Origin: Octopus sinensis
Taxonomy: Eukaryota
NCBI RefSeq assembly: GCF_006345805.1
Contig: NC_043021.1
Location: 19,406,001-19,470,000, forward strand
Reading direction: 5' to 3'
Length of the DNA: 64,000 nt
Shown here: one piece after another, positions 37,801-50,242 of the stretch
Position numbering within the stretch: the stretch's first letter is position 1
Layout: each line of letters opens with the position of its first letter
The notes under the pieces: generated by a model
What the model was told of the DNA's origin: nothing
Seen by the model: only the letters and a program-made list of their open reading frames with translations
The model's database searches: none
Position numbers and translations under genes: made by a program

Positions 37801-40800
37801 CCACGAGCAGAAGTAGTGGGGGAGCATCATAGCCATGTGTTGAGAGGGATTCTTTGGGGTTTGAATAATTCACCTCTGGAAACATGGGTGTTTTGTCCAA
37901 CATCCTTAAACAGTCCTTATTCAGGGACCTTTTGAGCAGGATGGGTTACTCGACCAGAAGAAAATTCTAACTAGGCCCTACTTGCACGGTCATGTGCTCT
38001 TTATCTTGTTATGAGATCACCATGTCGCGCACATATGGTTGTGATGCATGTGCCTGGTGTACCCTTATCAGACGGGTAGTCATGATGGGTATACTGGGTT
38101 TCGTATATTTTACCCCAGTGTCACTTTGATGGTATGCACTGCTCTTTCACTCAATAATAATAATAATAATAATATCAAAAATACCTTAGGAATGAGAACC
38201 CAGGTTCGAAATTTCCCCAAGACACCTGATGAAGGCTGCAGGGTATATCAGCCAAAATGTTGTGTTAGCAACAAACAAGATGAGGACAAATATCCATCAA
38301 ATGTAAATATTGTTGTATAAAACTGTTGTAAACAGTTTTACAGTTTCCACTAAAAAGAAATCTTTTTCTACTCTAGTTCCTTTACATTTTATCATAATGG
38401 TAGAAGGATATGGCAAAATGGTTTCATGCTTTATTATTTTATTTTTTGTTGTCCATTCAAAGCAAACAAGAACAACATGTCGTCCTTAACATTTTCCTAC
38501 AGGCATCAAAAATGATTTCTTTGCCCAACTCCACAAATTTCTGGCCACTTTGACAGACACTCACTGGAAGCTGGAAGACAAAACGGTTTTGTATATTCCC
38601 AAAGAAAATCTGAATATTCCCATTGAAATCGCTGCCAGGCATAAAGAATTTGTACAAAGACTGGAAAGTAATTATCGATTGTCATTAACTTCTTTGCGTG
38701 GAAGGTGTTTGTAAGCCATTTAAGAAACACACAAAAGCCATTCGATTCACTTCAACATTTAAGTTTAATTTGTCAAATTTGGACTGGTGGTACATAAAAA
38801 GCACTATCCGAACCGTGGCCGATGCCAGCGCCGCCTCGACTGGCTTCCATGCCGGTGGCACGTAGGAAGCACCAATCCGACCATGGCTGTTGCCAGCCTC
38901 GCCTGGCACCTTTGCAGGTGGCACATAAAAAGCACCCACTACACTCACAAAGTGGTTGGCGTTAGGAAGGGCATCCAGCTGTAGAAACATTGCCAGATAA
39001 GACTGGAGCCTGGTGCAGCCTTCTGGCTTCCCAGATCCCCGGTCGAACTGTCCAACCCATGCTAGCATGGGGAATGGACGTTAAATGATGATGATGATGA
39101 TTTTTGTTGCTATAAGACCGCGACCTGTTCACTGAGAAAAATGCAGCACGGATTTATGTCAGTGAACAGGTCGCAGTCTTATAGCGACGAAAATATTTTG
39201 ACAAATTAAACTTAAATGTTGAAGTGGATCGAACGGCTTTTGTGTGTTTCTTAAATGGCTTACAAACACCTTCCACGCTGCAATTGTTTTCGTTCGAGCA
39301 CACGATCTCAGATCAAATCACTTGCTATGCAAGTACATCTCCGTAACATTAACTTCTTGTTGCTCTTTTATCGTTGTTGGTTACGGTCTAGAGCAGTGGT
39401 TTTTCAACCATTTGTTTTTCACAACCGTCAGAGCGTGAAGTGCAGTTTGTGAGATGGTTGTGATCTGGAAACCGTTTTGAGTAGGAACTGGAAACAGAGG
39501 AATGAACGCATGATGCACATGTGCACACTAAATTCGTAAAAAGAGAAGAATAAAAATGTAACATGCATGTTAATGTAAAACAGAAGAGAAGAAGGAAAAC
39601 ACAATGTCAAACAAGTTATATGGTGGTCTGCAGGCCACACCTGATACCCCTATCATGCTGCTTTGCTGCCATTTTCTTGTTTTATCTCTGAACCCCTTTG
39701 ATTACTATTTTATTCTGGTAGCCCCACCTCATAGCCATTCGTTGTTTAAAAACTAGTTTTATAGAATTTTCTTTCAAAATTCCTCTTTTGTTATTCACTC
39801 ATCAATTTCTGTTGGTTGAGCAATGAGAAAGAAGCCAAGCTGTTTTACTTGTTTCAGTCATTTGACTGCGGCCATGCTGGAGCACTGCCTTTAGTCGAGC
39901 AAATCGATCCCGAGACTTATTCTTTTGTAAGCCCAGTACTTATTCTATCAGTCTCTTTTGCCGAACCGCTAAGTGACGGGGACGTAAACACACCAGCATC
40001 GGTTGTCAAGCAATGCTAGGGGGACAAACACAGACACACAAACACACACACATACATATATATATATACATATATATACGACAGGCTTCTTTCAGTTTCC
40101 GTCTACCAAATCCACTCACAAAGCATTGGTCGGCCCGGGGCTATAGCAGAAGACACTTGCCCAAGATGCCACGCAGTGGGACTGAACCCAGAACCATGTG
40201 GTTGTTTAGCAAGCTACTTACCACACAGCCACTCCTGCGCCTATTTTTTTTTTTGCAGAAAATACATCCAAAGTAACATTTTTCCCGTGGCTCTTTATAA
40301 TACTTCCATGGATCTGCAATTTAACCATTTTGCTTGCGTGGACCCCCAAAAAATCTTACATAGACCCCAGTTGAGAACCACTAGTTTAGAGCAATGATGG
40401 GCAACTTTTTCCAAGAAGTGGGCCCCTTGAGACATGGCTCATCACCAGGTGGGCCACACTACTAAAAACAAAATCCAAGATAGATTGGGATATAAAACTG
40501 CTTTCTGCAGTTAAGGATAATGAAATTTTGATTGGTTATATCTGATTTCTGCATTTAAAAGGATTAACCAATGATAGCATAGCAATAATGATGAGGGTGA
40601 TTACACTAACGAAGTTGATTATGACATTGATGACATTCCTTATTCTTTTTTCTATTTCAATTAGCTAATTTTAACCCTTTCACTGTAAAATTGAATTTCA
40701 TGGTTGTTCCTGTAATAATGTTAAATTCCTACCAGAAAACAGAATTGATATTTTCTGCAGATCACACTGCCTCAATAAACTTGACATAATTCAATAGAAA

Positions 40801-42185
40801 ATGGTTTCAAGCATGACATTTCTCAACAAGAGACAGATTGGGATATCAAACTGCTTTCTGCAATTAAGGGTAATGAAATCTGGAGTGGTTATATCTGATT
40901 TAAAAGGGTTAACCAATGATGAGGATGATTACACTAACGAAGCTGATTATGACATTCTTTTTTCTATTTTAATTAGCTAATTTTAACCCTTTCACTGTGA
41001 AATTAAATTTCATAGTTCTTCCTGTAGAGATGTTGAATATCTACCAAAAAAAACAGAATTGGTATTTTCTGCAAGTCTTGTTATTTCAATAAACTTGATA
41101 TATAAGGCGCAGGAGTGGCTGTGTGGTAAGTAGCTTGCTAACCAACCACATGGTTCCGGGTTCAGTCCCACTGCGTGGCATCTTGGGCAAGTGTCTTCTG
41201 CTATAGCCCTGGGCCAACCAATGCCTTGTCAGTGGATTTGGTAGACAGAAACTGAAAGAAGCCTGTCATATATATGTATATATATATATATGTATGTGTG
41301 TGTGTTTGTGTGTCTGTGTTTGTCCCCCTAGCATTGCTTGACAACCGATGCTGGTGTGTTTACGTCCCCGTTACTTAGCGGTTCGGCAAACGAGACCGAT
41401 AGAATAAGTACTGGGCTTACAAAGAATAAGTCCCGGGGTCGAGTTGCTCGACTAAAGACGGTGCTCCAGCATGGCCGCAGTCAAATGACTGAAACAAGTA
41501 AAAGAGTATATCTCACCAAAAGTTTCAAACATGAGATTCCTCAACAAAAAATAGATTGGTGTATAAAACTGCTTTCTGCAGTTAAGGGTAATAAAATTTT
41601 GATTAGATATATCTGATTTCTGCAGTAAAAAGGTTAAGGTCTTTGCTCACAGCTGGAGTGTTTTCTCAGCTTCATTTTTCTCTTTTATTATTATTATTAT
41701 TATTATTATTATGACATTTTGTTTGATCTTTTCCCTTAGCCTCGATGATCCATTGGGCAAGACAGATCAAAGAAGTTCTGAGCACACAACATTCTATCGA
41801 GTCGTCTGAAACGAGCGGCCCACTTGATGAAATAGAATTCTGGAAGAACCGTTGTGCCGATTTATCAGGAATAAGCAGTCAGCTGGATAACAAGATAGTC
41901 AGAAGAATCACCCAGATTTTGGAGCTTGCCAAGTCTTCTTATGTCACCCCATTCGTCAAACTTTCCAGTCAAATTAAGGTAACTTATGAGAAAAAATGCA
42001 AAAGAAGAACCCGTTTTAGTCTACAAATTTATTTATTCTTTTACATGTTTCAAATTCCACCAAGGTAGACTTTGCCTTTCATCCTTTCAGAGTCAATAAA
42101 TTAAGTACCAGTGTTTGATATAATCAACTGGTCCCCTCTCCCGAAATTTCAAGCCTTGTGCCAAAAAGATTATTATTATTATTGA

Positions 42186-42234
<49 letters not shown>

Positions 42235-45200
42235 GAGTGAGAGAGCAGCGCATGCCATCAAAGTGACACTGGGGTAAAATATACGAACCCCAGTATACCC
42301 ATCATGACTACCCGTCTGATAAGCGTACACTAGGCACATGCATCACAACCATATATGCGTGACATGGTGATCTCATATCAAAATAAACAGCACATGACCT
42401 TGCAGGTGGAGCCCAGTTAGAACCCATCCCGCTCAAAAGGTCCCTGAATAAAGGTTGTTTAAGGATGTTAACTGAAACATCCATGTTTCCAAAGGTGAAT
42501 TATTCAAACCCCAAAGAATCCCTCTCAACACATGGCTATGATGCTCCCCCAATACTTCTGCTCATGACCAGAGATGCACATATCGTCAGCCACTAAGGGA
42601 CATGCTCAACTAGTTACGGTCAAACAACTGACAAGCAAATCTGTGGTATTGAGCAGAATATTTGCTGTAGCCCATCTTTTATACCAAGACAAAACAATCA
42701 GTTAAGATCAGAAGCCATGAGAGCCACTGCCTGGTACTGCATCAGGGCATTCATCATCATCATCGTTATTATTATTAAGGTGGTGAGCTGGCTGAATTAT
42801 TAGCACATTGGACGAAATGCAATGCAGCATTTTATCCGATACCACATTCTGTGTTCAAATCCCACCAAGGTTGACTTTGCTTTTCATCCCTTCACAGTTG
42901 ATAAAACGAGTACCAGTTGAATACTGGGGTCACTGTAATCATCTTACCCTTCCACTCAAATTGCTGGTACTGTACCAAAAATTTTAAATTATTATTATTG
43001 AAATTGAAATCAAATTCGATGACTGGCACCTGTGCTAGTGGAGCACCAAGAGCACCATCCGAGCGTGATCGTTGCCAGAGCAACTAACTGGTTTCCGTAC
43101 CGGTGGCACATAAAAAGCACCATTCAAGCGTGATTGTTACCTGCGTCGCCTTACTGGCACTTGTACTGGAGTCACGTGAAAAAATCATTCAAGCGAGGTC
43201 GTTACCAGTGCTGCTGGACTGGCTCCTGTGCAGGTGGTACTTAAAAGACACCACTTGAGCGTGGCCGTTGCCAGTACTGCCTGACTGATTCTCGTGCTGG
43301 TGGTACGTAAAAGCACCCACTACACTCTCGGAGTGGTTGGCGTTAGAAAGGACATCCAGCTGTAGAAACATTTCCAGATCAAGATTGGAGTCTGGTGCAG
43401 CCATCTGGTTCGCCAGTCCTCAGTCAAATTGTCCAACCCATGCTAGCATGGAAAGCAGACGTTAAACGAGGATGATGATGATTATTATATTATTATTATT
43501 ATTATTTATTTATTTAAGGTGACGAGTTGGCAGAATCGTTAGCATGCCAAGCGAAATGCTTAGAGGTAGTTAACCCATCTCTACATTCTGAGTTCAAATT
43601 CCGCTGAGGTCGACTTTGCCTTTCATCCTTTCGGGGGTTGATTAAATAAGTACCAGTTACACACTGGGGTTGATGTAATGTACTCAATCCCCTCCCCCCA
43701 AGCTGCCCTTGTGTCAAAAACTTGAAATAATAATAATTATTTTTTGTCCCTTTTTTTTCATGTTTTTAGTTTCTTTTTTTTTCTTCTTTTTTTTTAATAT
43801 TCCTTTCTTTCTTTCTTTCTTGTTCTGCAACAGGAAGGTTCCTACCAAGCTGAAAGCAACCTGAGGTTTTTGATGATTCTGAAAGAGCCTTGTTTAAAGC
43901 TGACAGAAGCTTTGCCAAAAGATATCCCACCCATTATCACTGAGCTGTTGACTTTAATCCGGATTATCTGGATGAACTCTGAATTCTACAACACTAAAGA
44001 GAAATTAACTGGTCTCTTGAAAAAGGTTCTTTTTTTTGCTTTTAGCACCATGATTTGAATAACTGGTTTCATCCAATTCTTGATTTATCTGTATGAAGGG
44101 TTCTTATAATCATTGCTGTCCCTGTTGTTGTTGTTGCTCCTGTCCTTGTTGCTGTTGTTTGTTTGTTTGTTGAGCGAAGCGGTCTTCGTCCTAGAAGTCC
44201 GAAATGTGGTCCTTTGCTACTCGTAAGACACGCAGAAGAGAAAGCAGGTCAACCCCCTGACACCGAGAGCATCGACGGATGGATGAATGCGCATACCCCC
44301 TTGTATAGTCATGTGGTTGGGATGCAAACTTCTTACTATACAACCTCTATATTTCTATCATTAATATTAATCAATTAATCAGTACCGATATTTATACAAT
44401 TTTTATCATTAGTATCAATTCATTTATAAAAAGAAAACTTTAAAAAACAACAAAAAAAACCTCATAGAATAACATTACAAAATGGAGTTTCTGTTTCTGT
44501 TTTTACATTTCAGAAAAATAACATTTTCATTTATTTGCTTATTTATTTGTTTATTTGCAGCTTAGCAATGAGATTATCCATCAGTGCTGTAAAGCCATTA
44601 ATCTTGACCGGATATTTGAGGGCTACATAAAGAGTAGTTCGCAAACCCTCATCGACTGCATTGAATGTTGCGAAAAATGGAGAGAGAAATATGATATGGT
44701 GAGTGTCAGCTTTGATCTTTCGCTTGTTCCAGTCATTGGACTGCAGCCATGCTGTGACAACGCTTCGGACAATTTTTAGTCGAATGTATCAACCCCAATA
44801 CTTAACTTAATTTAATTTTTTTCTTTGCTAAGCCTGGTGCTTATTCTATCAATCTCTTTTGCCGAACCACTACGTTACAAGGACAAAGACATACCAACAT
44901 CAGTTGTCAAGCAGCAGTGGGGGGGAAACAAACACACACACACACATATAATGGGCTTCTTCCAGTTTCCCTCTACCAAACCCACTCACACACACACAAC
45001 GGGCTTCTTCCAGTTTCCCTCTACCAAACCCACTCACAAGGCTTGGGTTGGCCTAAATCTATAAAGACATTTGCCCAAGGTGCCAAGTAGTAGAATTGAA
45101 CCCAGAGCCATGTGGTTACTTATTCTATCAGTCTCTTTTGCCTAACCACTACGTTACAAGGACAAAGACACGCCAACATCAGTTGTCAAACAGCAGTGGG

Positions 45201-47864
45201 GGAACAAACACACACACACACACACACAATGGGCTTCTTCCAGTTTCCCTCTACCAAACCCACTCACAAGGCTTGGGTTGGCCTAAATCTATAGTTAAAG
45301 ACATTTGCCCAAGGTGCCAAGTAGTAGAATTGAACCCAGAGCCATGTGGTTACTTATTCTATCAGTCTCTTTTGCCTAACCACTACGTTACAAGGAAAAA
45401 GACATCAGTTGTCAAGCAGCAGTGGGGGAACAAACACACACACATATAACAGGCTTCTTCCAGTTTCCCTCTACCAAACCTACTCACAAGGCTTGGGTTG
45501 GCCTAATTCTATAGTTAAAGACATTTGCGCAAGGTGCCAAGTAGTAGAATTGAACCTAGAGCCATGTGGTTAGGAAGTAGACTTTTTACTACACAGTCAG
45601 GCTTGTGCCTAAGTGTTGTTAGGATTTCATTTTTACGATTCATGACATACAAACTTATTTTATTTTTATTAAGTTGGTTTGACTTGATGTTTTGGCTGCT
45701 ATTTCTATCAAGTCAGATGTTATCAAGACCTTGGTATTCCCCCCTTCTTTCATAGCATTTATGGTAGCTTTATCTTCATTTCTCGGGATTGCAGGAATTT
45801 CACCTTCTGAGATATCTTCATCTGGAGAGTTTGTCAACAGACTCTTTTCAAAGAAAACAGTGGAATGATAGCTGAAAAACATAGAATCAGACTTGATTGG
45901 GCAGCCTTTGAGAAGAAAAAAATCGCATTTACTTCAAAATTGATACCATATATAAAATCAAGGATTTACAATACCTATTTCTTTATTACCACAAGGGACT
46001 AAACACAGAGGGGACAAACAAGGACAGACATAGGTATTAAGTCGATTACATCGACCCCAGGGCATAACTGGTACTTAATTTATCGACCCCGAAAGGATGA
46101 AAGGCAAAGTCGACCTGTGTTCTTCCAGTAGCCTTATATGGACCAGAATGTGTTAAATGGACTTCTGGGGCACTACAGAAACTGGAAGTCTTTCAGAATC
46201 ATGTAATGCAACTTATTACTAACACCAAATTCTATGTCAGAATTGAAGATTTAAGGCAAATAACCAACGTACCGTCAGTTACCCTTGTCATCTTTATATA
46301 TAAAAGTGAAGTTGTGTGTCTGTCTCCTACGATTTAGATTCCTAACTGCTCCCACATTTTGCGGTGCAGTGTAACCAAAAGCGGGTATCTTATAGTCGTG
46401 ATTCATATCGAGCCCTTCTGGGTATTAGCGCGCGTCTACGATGAGTCTACGATTTAAAAAAAAATTTACCATCATTTTTTCCCATTTTTAATGCATTTTT
46501 TTGCTATTATATAAGGGAAGTAACTCTCTAAAAATTTATTATTAAATCTCAGAACGTAAAAAGCTACAGTAACCCCCCCCCTTTGTGGTTAGCCATATTG
46601 AGATGGCTATTATACTTTACATCTCTAAAAATGCTTATATAGTTATTTCCCTTACAAACCCGAGCAACGCCGGGCGATACTGCTAGTAAAAAGTAAAGAG
46701 CACAAATGGTTTGTAGCGTCGGCAAGGTCCGTTCCAAAGGTGTGACTAATGGAACGAGAAACTGAGATTGGTAACCTAAGGGATGGAGAGGTAGCACCAC
46801 AGCATGGCAGGGTCTTATCATAATGTCCCCGAACACTCTTGCCAAAGTTTGATTACCATGGCGGCAACTATGTCATGCTGGTGCACATTCTTCTGCAAGC
46901 AATTAGTAGGAATTGTCTATCAAGTTGAGGAACCTCATTGAAGAACACAAATGTTCTTGAGTTTAGAAATTTCTTCATTTTATTAAAAAATTCTTGCTTT
47001 CCAAAAAAAAAAAAAAACAGGGCATAACTGGTACTTAATTTATCGACCCCGAAAGGATGAAAGGCAAAGTCGACCTGTGTTCTTCCAGTAGCCTTATATG
47101 GACCAGAATGTGTTAAATGGACTTTTGGGGCACTACAGAAACTGGAAGTCTTTCAGAATCGTGTAATGCAACTTATTACTAACACCAAATTCTCAGACTA
47201 TGTCAATGTAATCGACTTAATACCTATGTCTGTCCTTGTTTGTCCCCTCTGTGTTTAGCCCCTTGTGGTAATAAAGAAATAGGTTATTTCCAAAAAAAAA
47301 AAAAAGAAAAGAAAAACTATTGAAAAACCGATTATAGCAGTGATTCCATCTAAGTATATCTGAAGAAGGAATTTTATTCCAAAATATCATCAGACTATGA
47401 ATGACCAAATTACAACACGTATATATCCCATTGTTTGTATTATAGTGCATTGTTGTACCATTCAAAACTTTTTATTCTTTGCAAACAATACACAATGCTT
47501 CAAGTGAACTACAATACTCTCCTAATTCTTGCTTTGTTTTGTGTTTCCAGACATCAGCCTTACACAACAAGTTCTCCCCTAAAGGCTGGGTCCTTGACCT
47601 GACAAGCATATTTGCCCAAATCGATGCTTTTATGCAGCGTTGCAAGGATCTGCTGGAGGTAAGAAAAATTATTGCTGTTTTTGCGTCGGTCGTGAGCAGT
47701 GGGGTTAGAGATGTGATTTAAAAGGGTGAAGAAATGGATAAAAGGCAAAGTCAACCTCGGCGGGGTTTGAACTCAGAACATAAAGCCAGAAAAAAATGCT
47801 GCTAAATATTTTGTCCAATGGAGTAATGATTCTGCCAACTCACCACCTTAATAATAATAATAAC

Positions 47865-47898
<34 letters not shown>

Positions 47899-50203
47899 TT
47901 TATAATAATTCTTTCTATTATAGGCACAAGGCCAGAAATTTGTGGGGAGGGGATAAGTCAAGTACATCGACCCCAGTGCATAACTGGTACTTAATTTATT
48001 GATAAAGCGGAGAGCTGGCAGAAACGTTAGCACGTCGGGCGAAATGCTTAGCGGTATTTCGTCTGCCGTTACGTTCTGAGTTCAAATTCTGCCGAGGTCG
48101 ACTTTACCTTTCATCCTTTCAGGGGTCGATAAATTAAGTACCAGTTACGCACTGGGGTCGATGTAATCGACTTAATACCTATGTCTGTCCTTGTTTGTCC
48201 CATCTGTGTTTAGCCCCTTGTGGGTAATAAAGAAATCGGTACTTAATTTATTGTCCCTGAAAGGATAAAAGGTAAAGTTGACCTCGGTAGAATTTGAACT
48301 CAAAACATAGCAACAGGTAAAATACTGCTAAGTATTTCATCCAGCGTGCTAACAATTCTGTCAATTCACCACCTTAATGATAATGATAATCCTTTCTATT
48401 ATAGGCACAAGGCCTGAAATTTGTGGGGAGGGGATAAGTCAATTACATCGACCCCAGTGCGTAACGGGTACTTATTTAATCAACCCCCAAAAGGATGAAA
48501 GGCAAAGTCGACCTCAGCAGAGTTTGAAGTCAGAACTCAAAATTTAAGTGAAAAATAGTCCAGAATCTTTGACCAGTACTGGATTGATCCCAAAATCTAA
48601 TCGGTTTGGGCCAGCCACAAGGCCAAACATCCCTGAAAGTTTCATCTGAATCCATCCAGCAGTTCTTGAGATATCTTGTCCACGGACAAACAAACAAATA
48701 AACATGACGGGGGTAATAATAACGGGGGCAAAGGCGGGGGTAGTAATAACAATATGAAGAAGAAGAATAGACAAAACGAAGACTGTAACAGACCTTAATT
48801 CTGTCACCTAATAATTCAGTTGTGAGATGGTGTTTTTTTTTTTTTTTGGTTTTTTTTCTTTCACGTTTGGAGACGATGATCTCCTGGGGCTAAAAGCTAC
48901 AGTAACACCCACCCTTTGTGGTTAGCCATATTGAGATGGCTATTATACTTTACGTTGTCAAGCGGTTACTGTTTACATCTCGTTGAGAGATTTATTATTG
49001 CCTGCAGACAGTTTTTCGAAATCAGTGACGGAAGTTACTAGAAAAACACTTAAGTATTTGCATACAGGCTTTCTCTTTCATCATAAACCGGTGATTACCG
49101 CCCATTGACAAGAGGCAACAACCTCGAAACTGCGGTCCGTGCGTATCACTTAGGCTTACGAGAAAGGGATGGCCTCCCTTTGCAAATACCATAAGGGCAC
49201 AGAAAGTGTGCCTAAAGCCAGCTGGGGACGATGATCTCCTGGGGCTACAAGCTACAGTAACACCCACCCTTTGTGGTTAGCCATGTTGAGATGGCAAGTA
49301 TACCTCACATTGTCGTGCAGTTACTGTTTATATCTCGTTCAGAGATTTATTATTGCTTGCAGACAGTTTTTTGAGATCAGTGACGAAAAGTTACTGGAAA
49401 AACGATATAAGAATTTGCATTGGAACCTCCCTTCATCGAAAACCGGTGATTGTCGTACGCTGATGACGGGTCAAAATCTAGAAACTGCAGTCCGGTGTAT
49501 CATTTAGGTTGACGAGGAAGGGTGACCTCCCTTTGCAAATACCATAAGGGCACAGAAAGTGTGCCTAAAGCCAGCTGGAGACGATGATCTCCTGGGGCTA
49601 CAAGCTACAGTAACACCCACCCTTAGTGGTTAGCCATATTGAGATGGCTATTATACTTTACGTTGTCGAGCGGTTACTGTTTACATCTCGTTGAGAGATT
49701 TATTATTGCTCTTTTGTTTTTATTTTTGTTGTATGTTACCTGTTTCTGTATAACTAATGTATGAATTGTTCAATTGTAGGTCTGTGATACCCAGGTCCAT
49801 TTTGCTAGGATGGAAGAAGGCAAACAAATTGAAATGCCCCACTTTGGTGGCCAGCGAGGACCAGACATCACTCGAGGCATTTTAGAAATCGAACATGCAC
49901 ACCAGAAATATATCTCGCAGTTGCGAGCCATGCAAAAAAGTATTTTAGATATCAAATCCACAAGTTGGCACGACGACTTCAATAAGTACGGGAACAAGAC
50001 GATGTTTTTGTCTTTTTTATTTATTGGAATTTGTTGAGGTGGACCCTCTATAAGTTGGGTACCCTTCCTGTCACCAACCCTCCCCTGTTTCCAAGAGAGG
50101 TAGTATTTACCTCGTGGTCAGACATGTTTTCATGGAAGATTGGGAACAAAGAACACTACTTGCATTTCAGTGACATTTGTCATGTGAGGTCAAAGCAAGA
50201 AGA

Positions 50204-50242
<39 letters not shown>

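Noticed and set aside
36790-38503. Reading the U12 intron as AT-AC
   Set aside because: AT-AC joins are out of frame unless two extra bases are assumed to be errors; TT-AG (or GT-AG with one substitution) is more parsimonious.
40585-40620. ATGATGAGGGTG..CAC..CGAAG as a hammerhead
   Set aside because: It lacks C3, GAAA and a pairable stem I; too degenerate.
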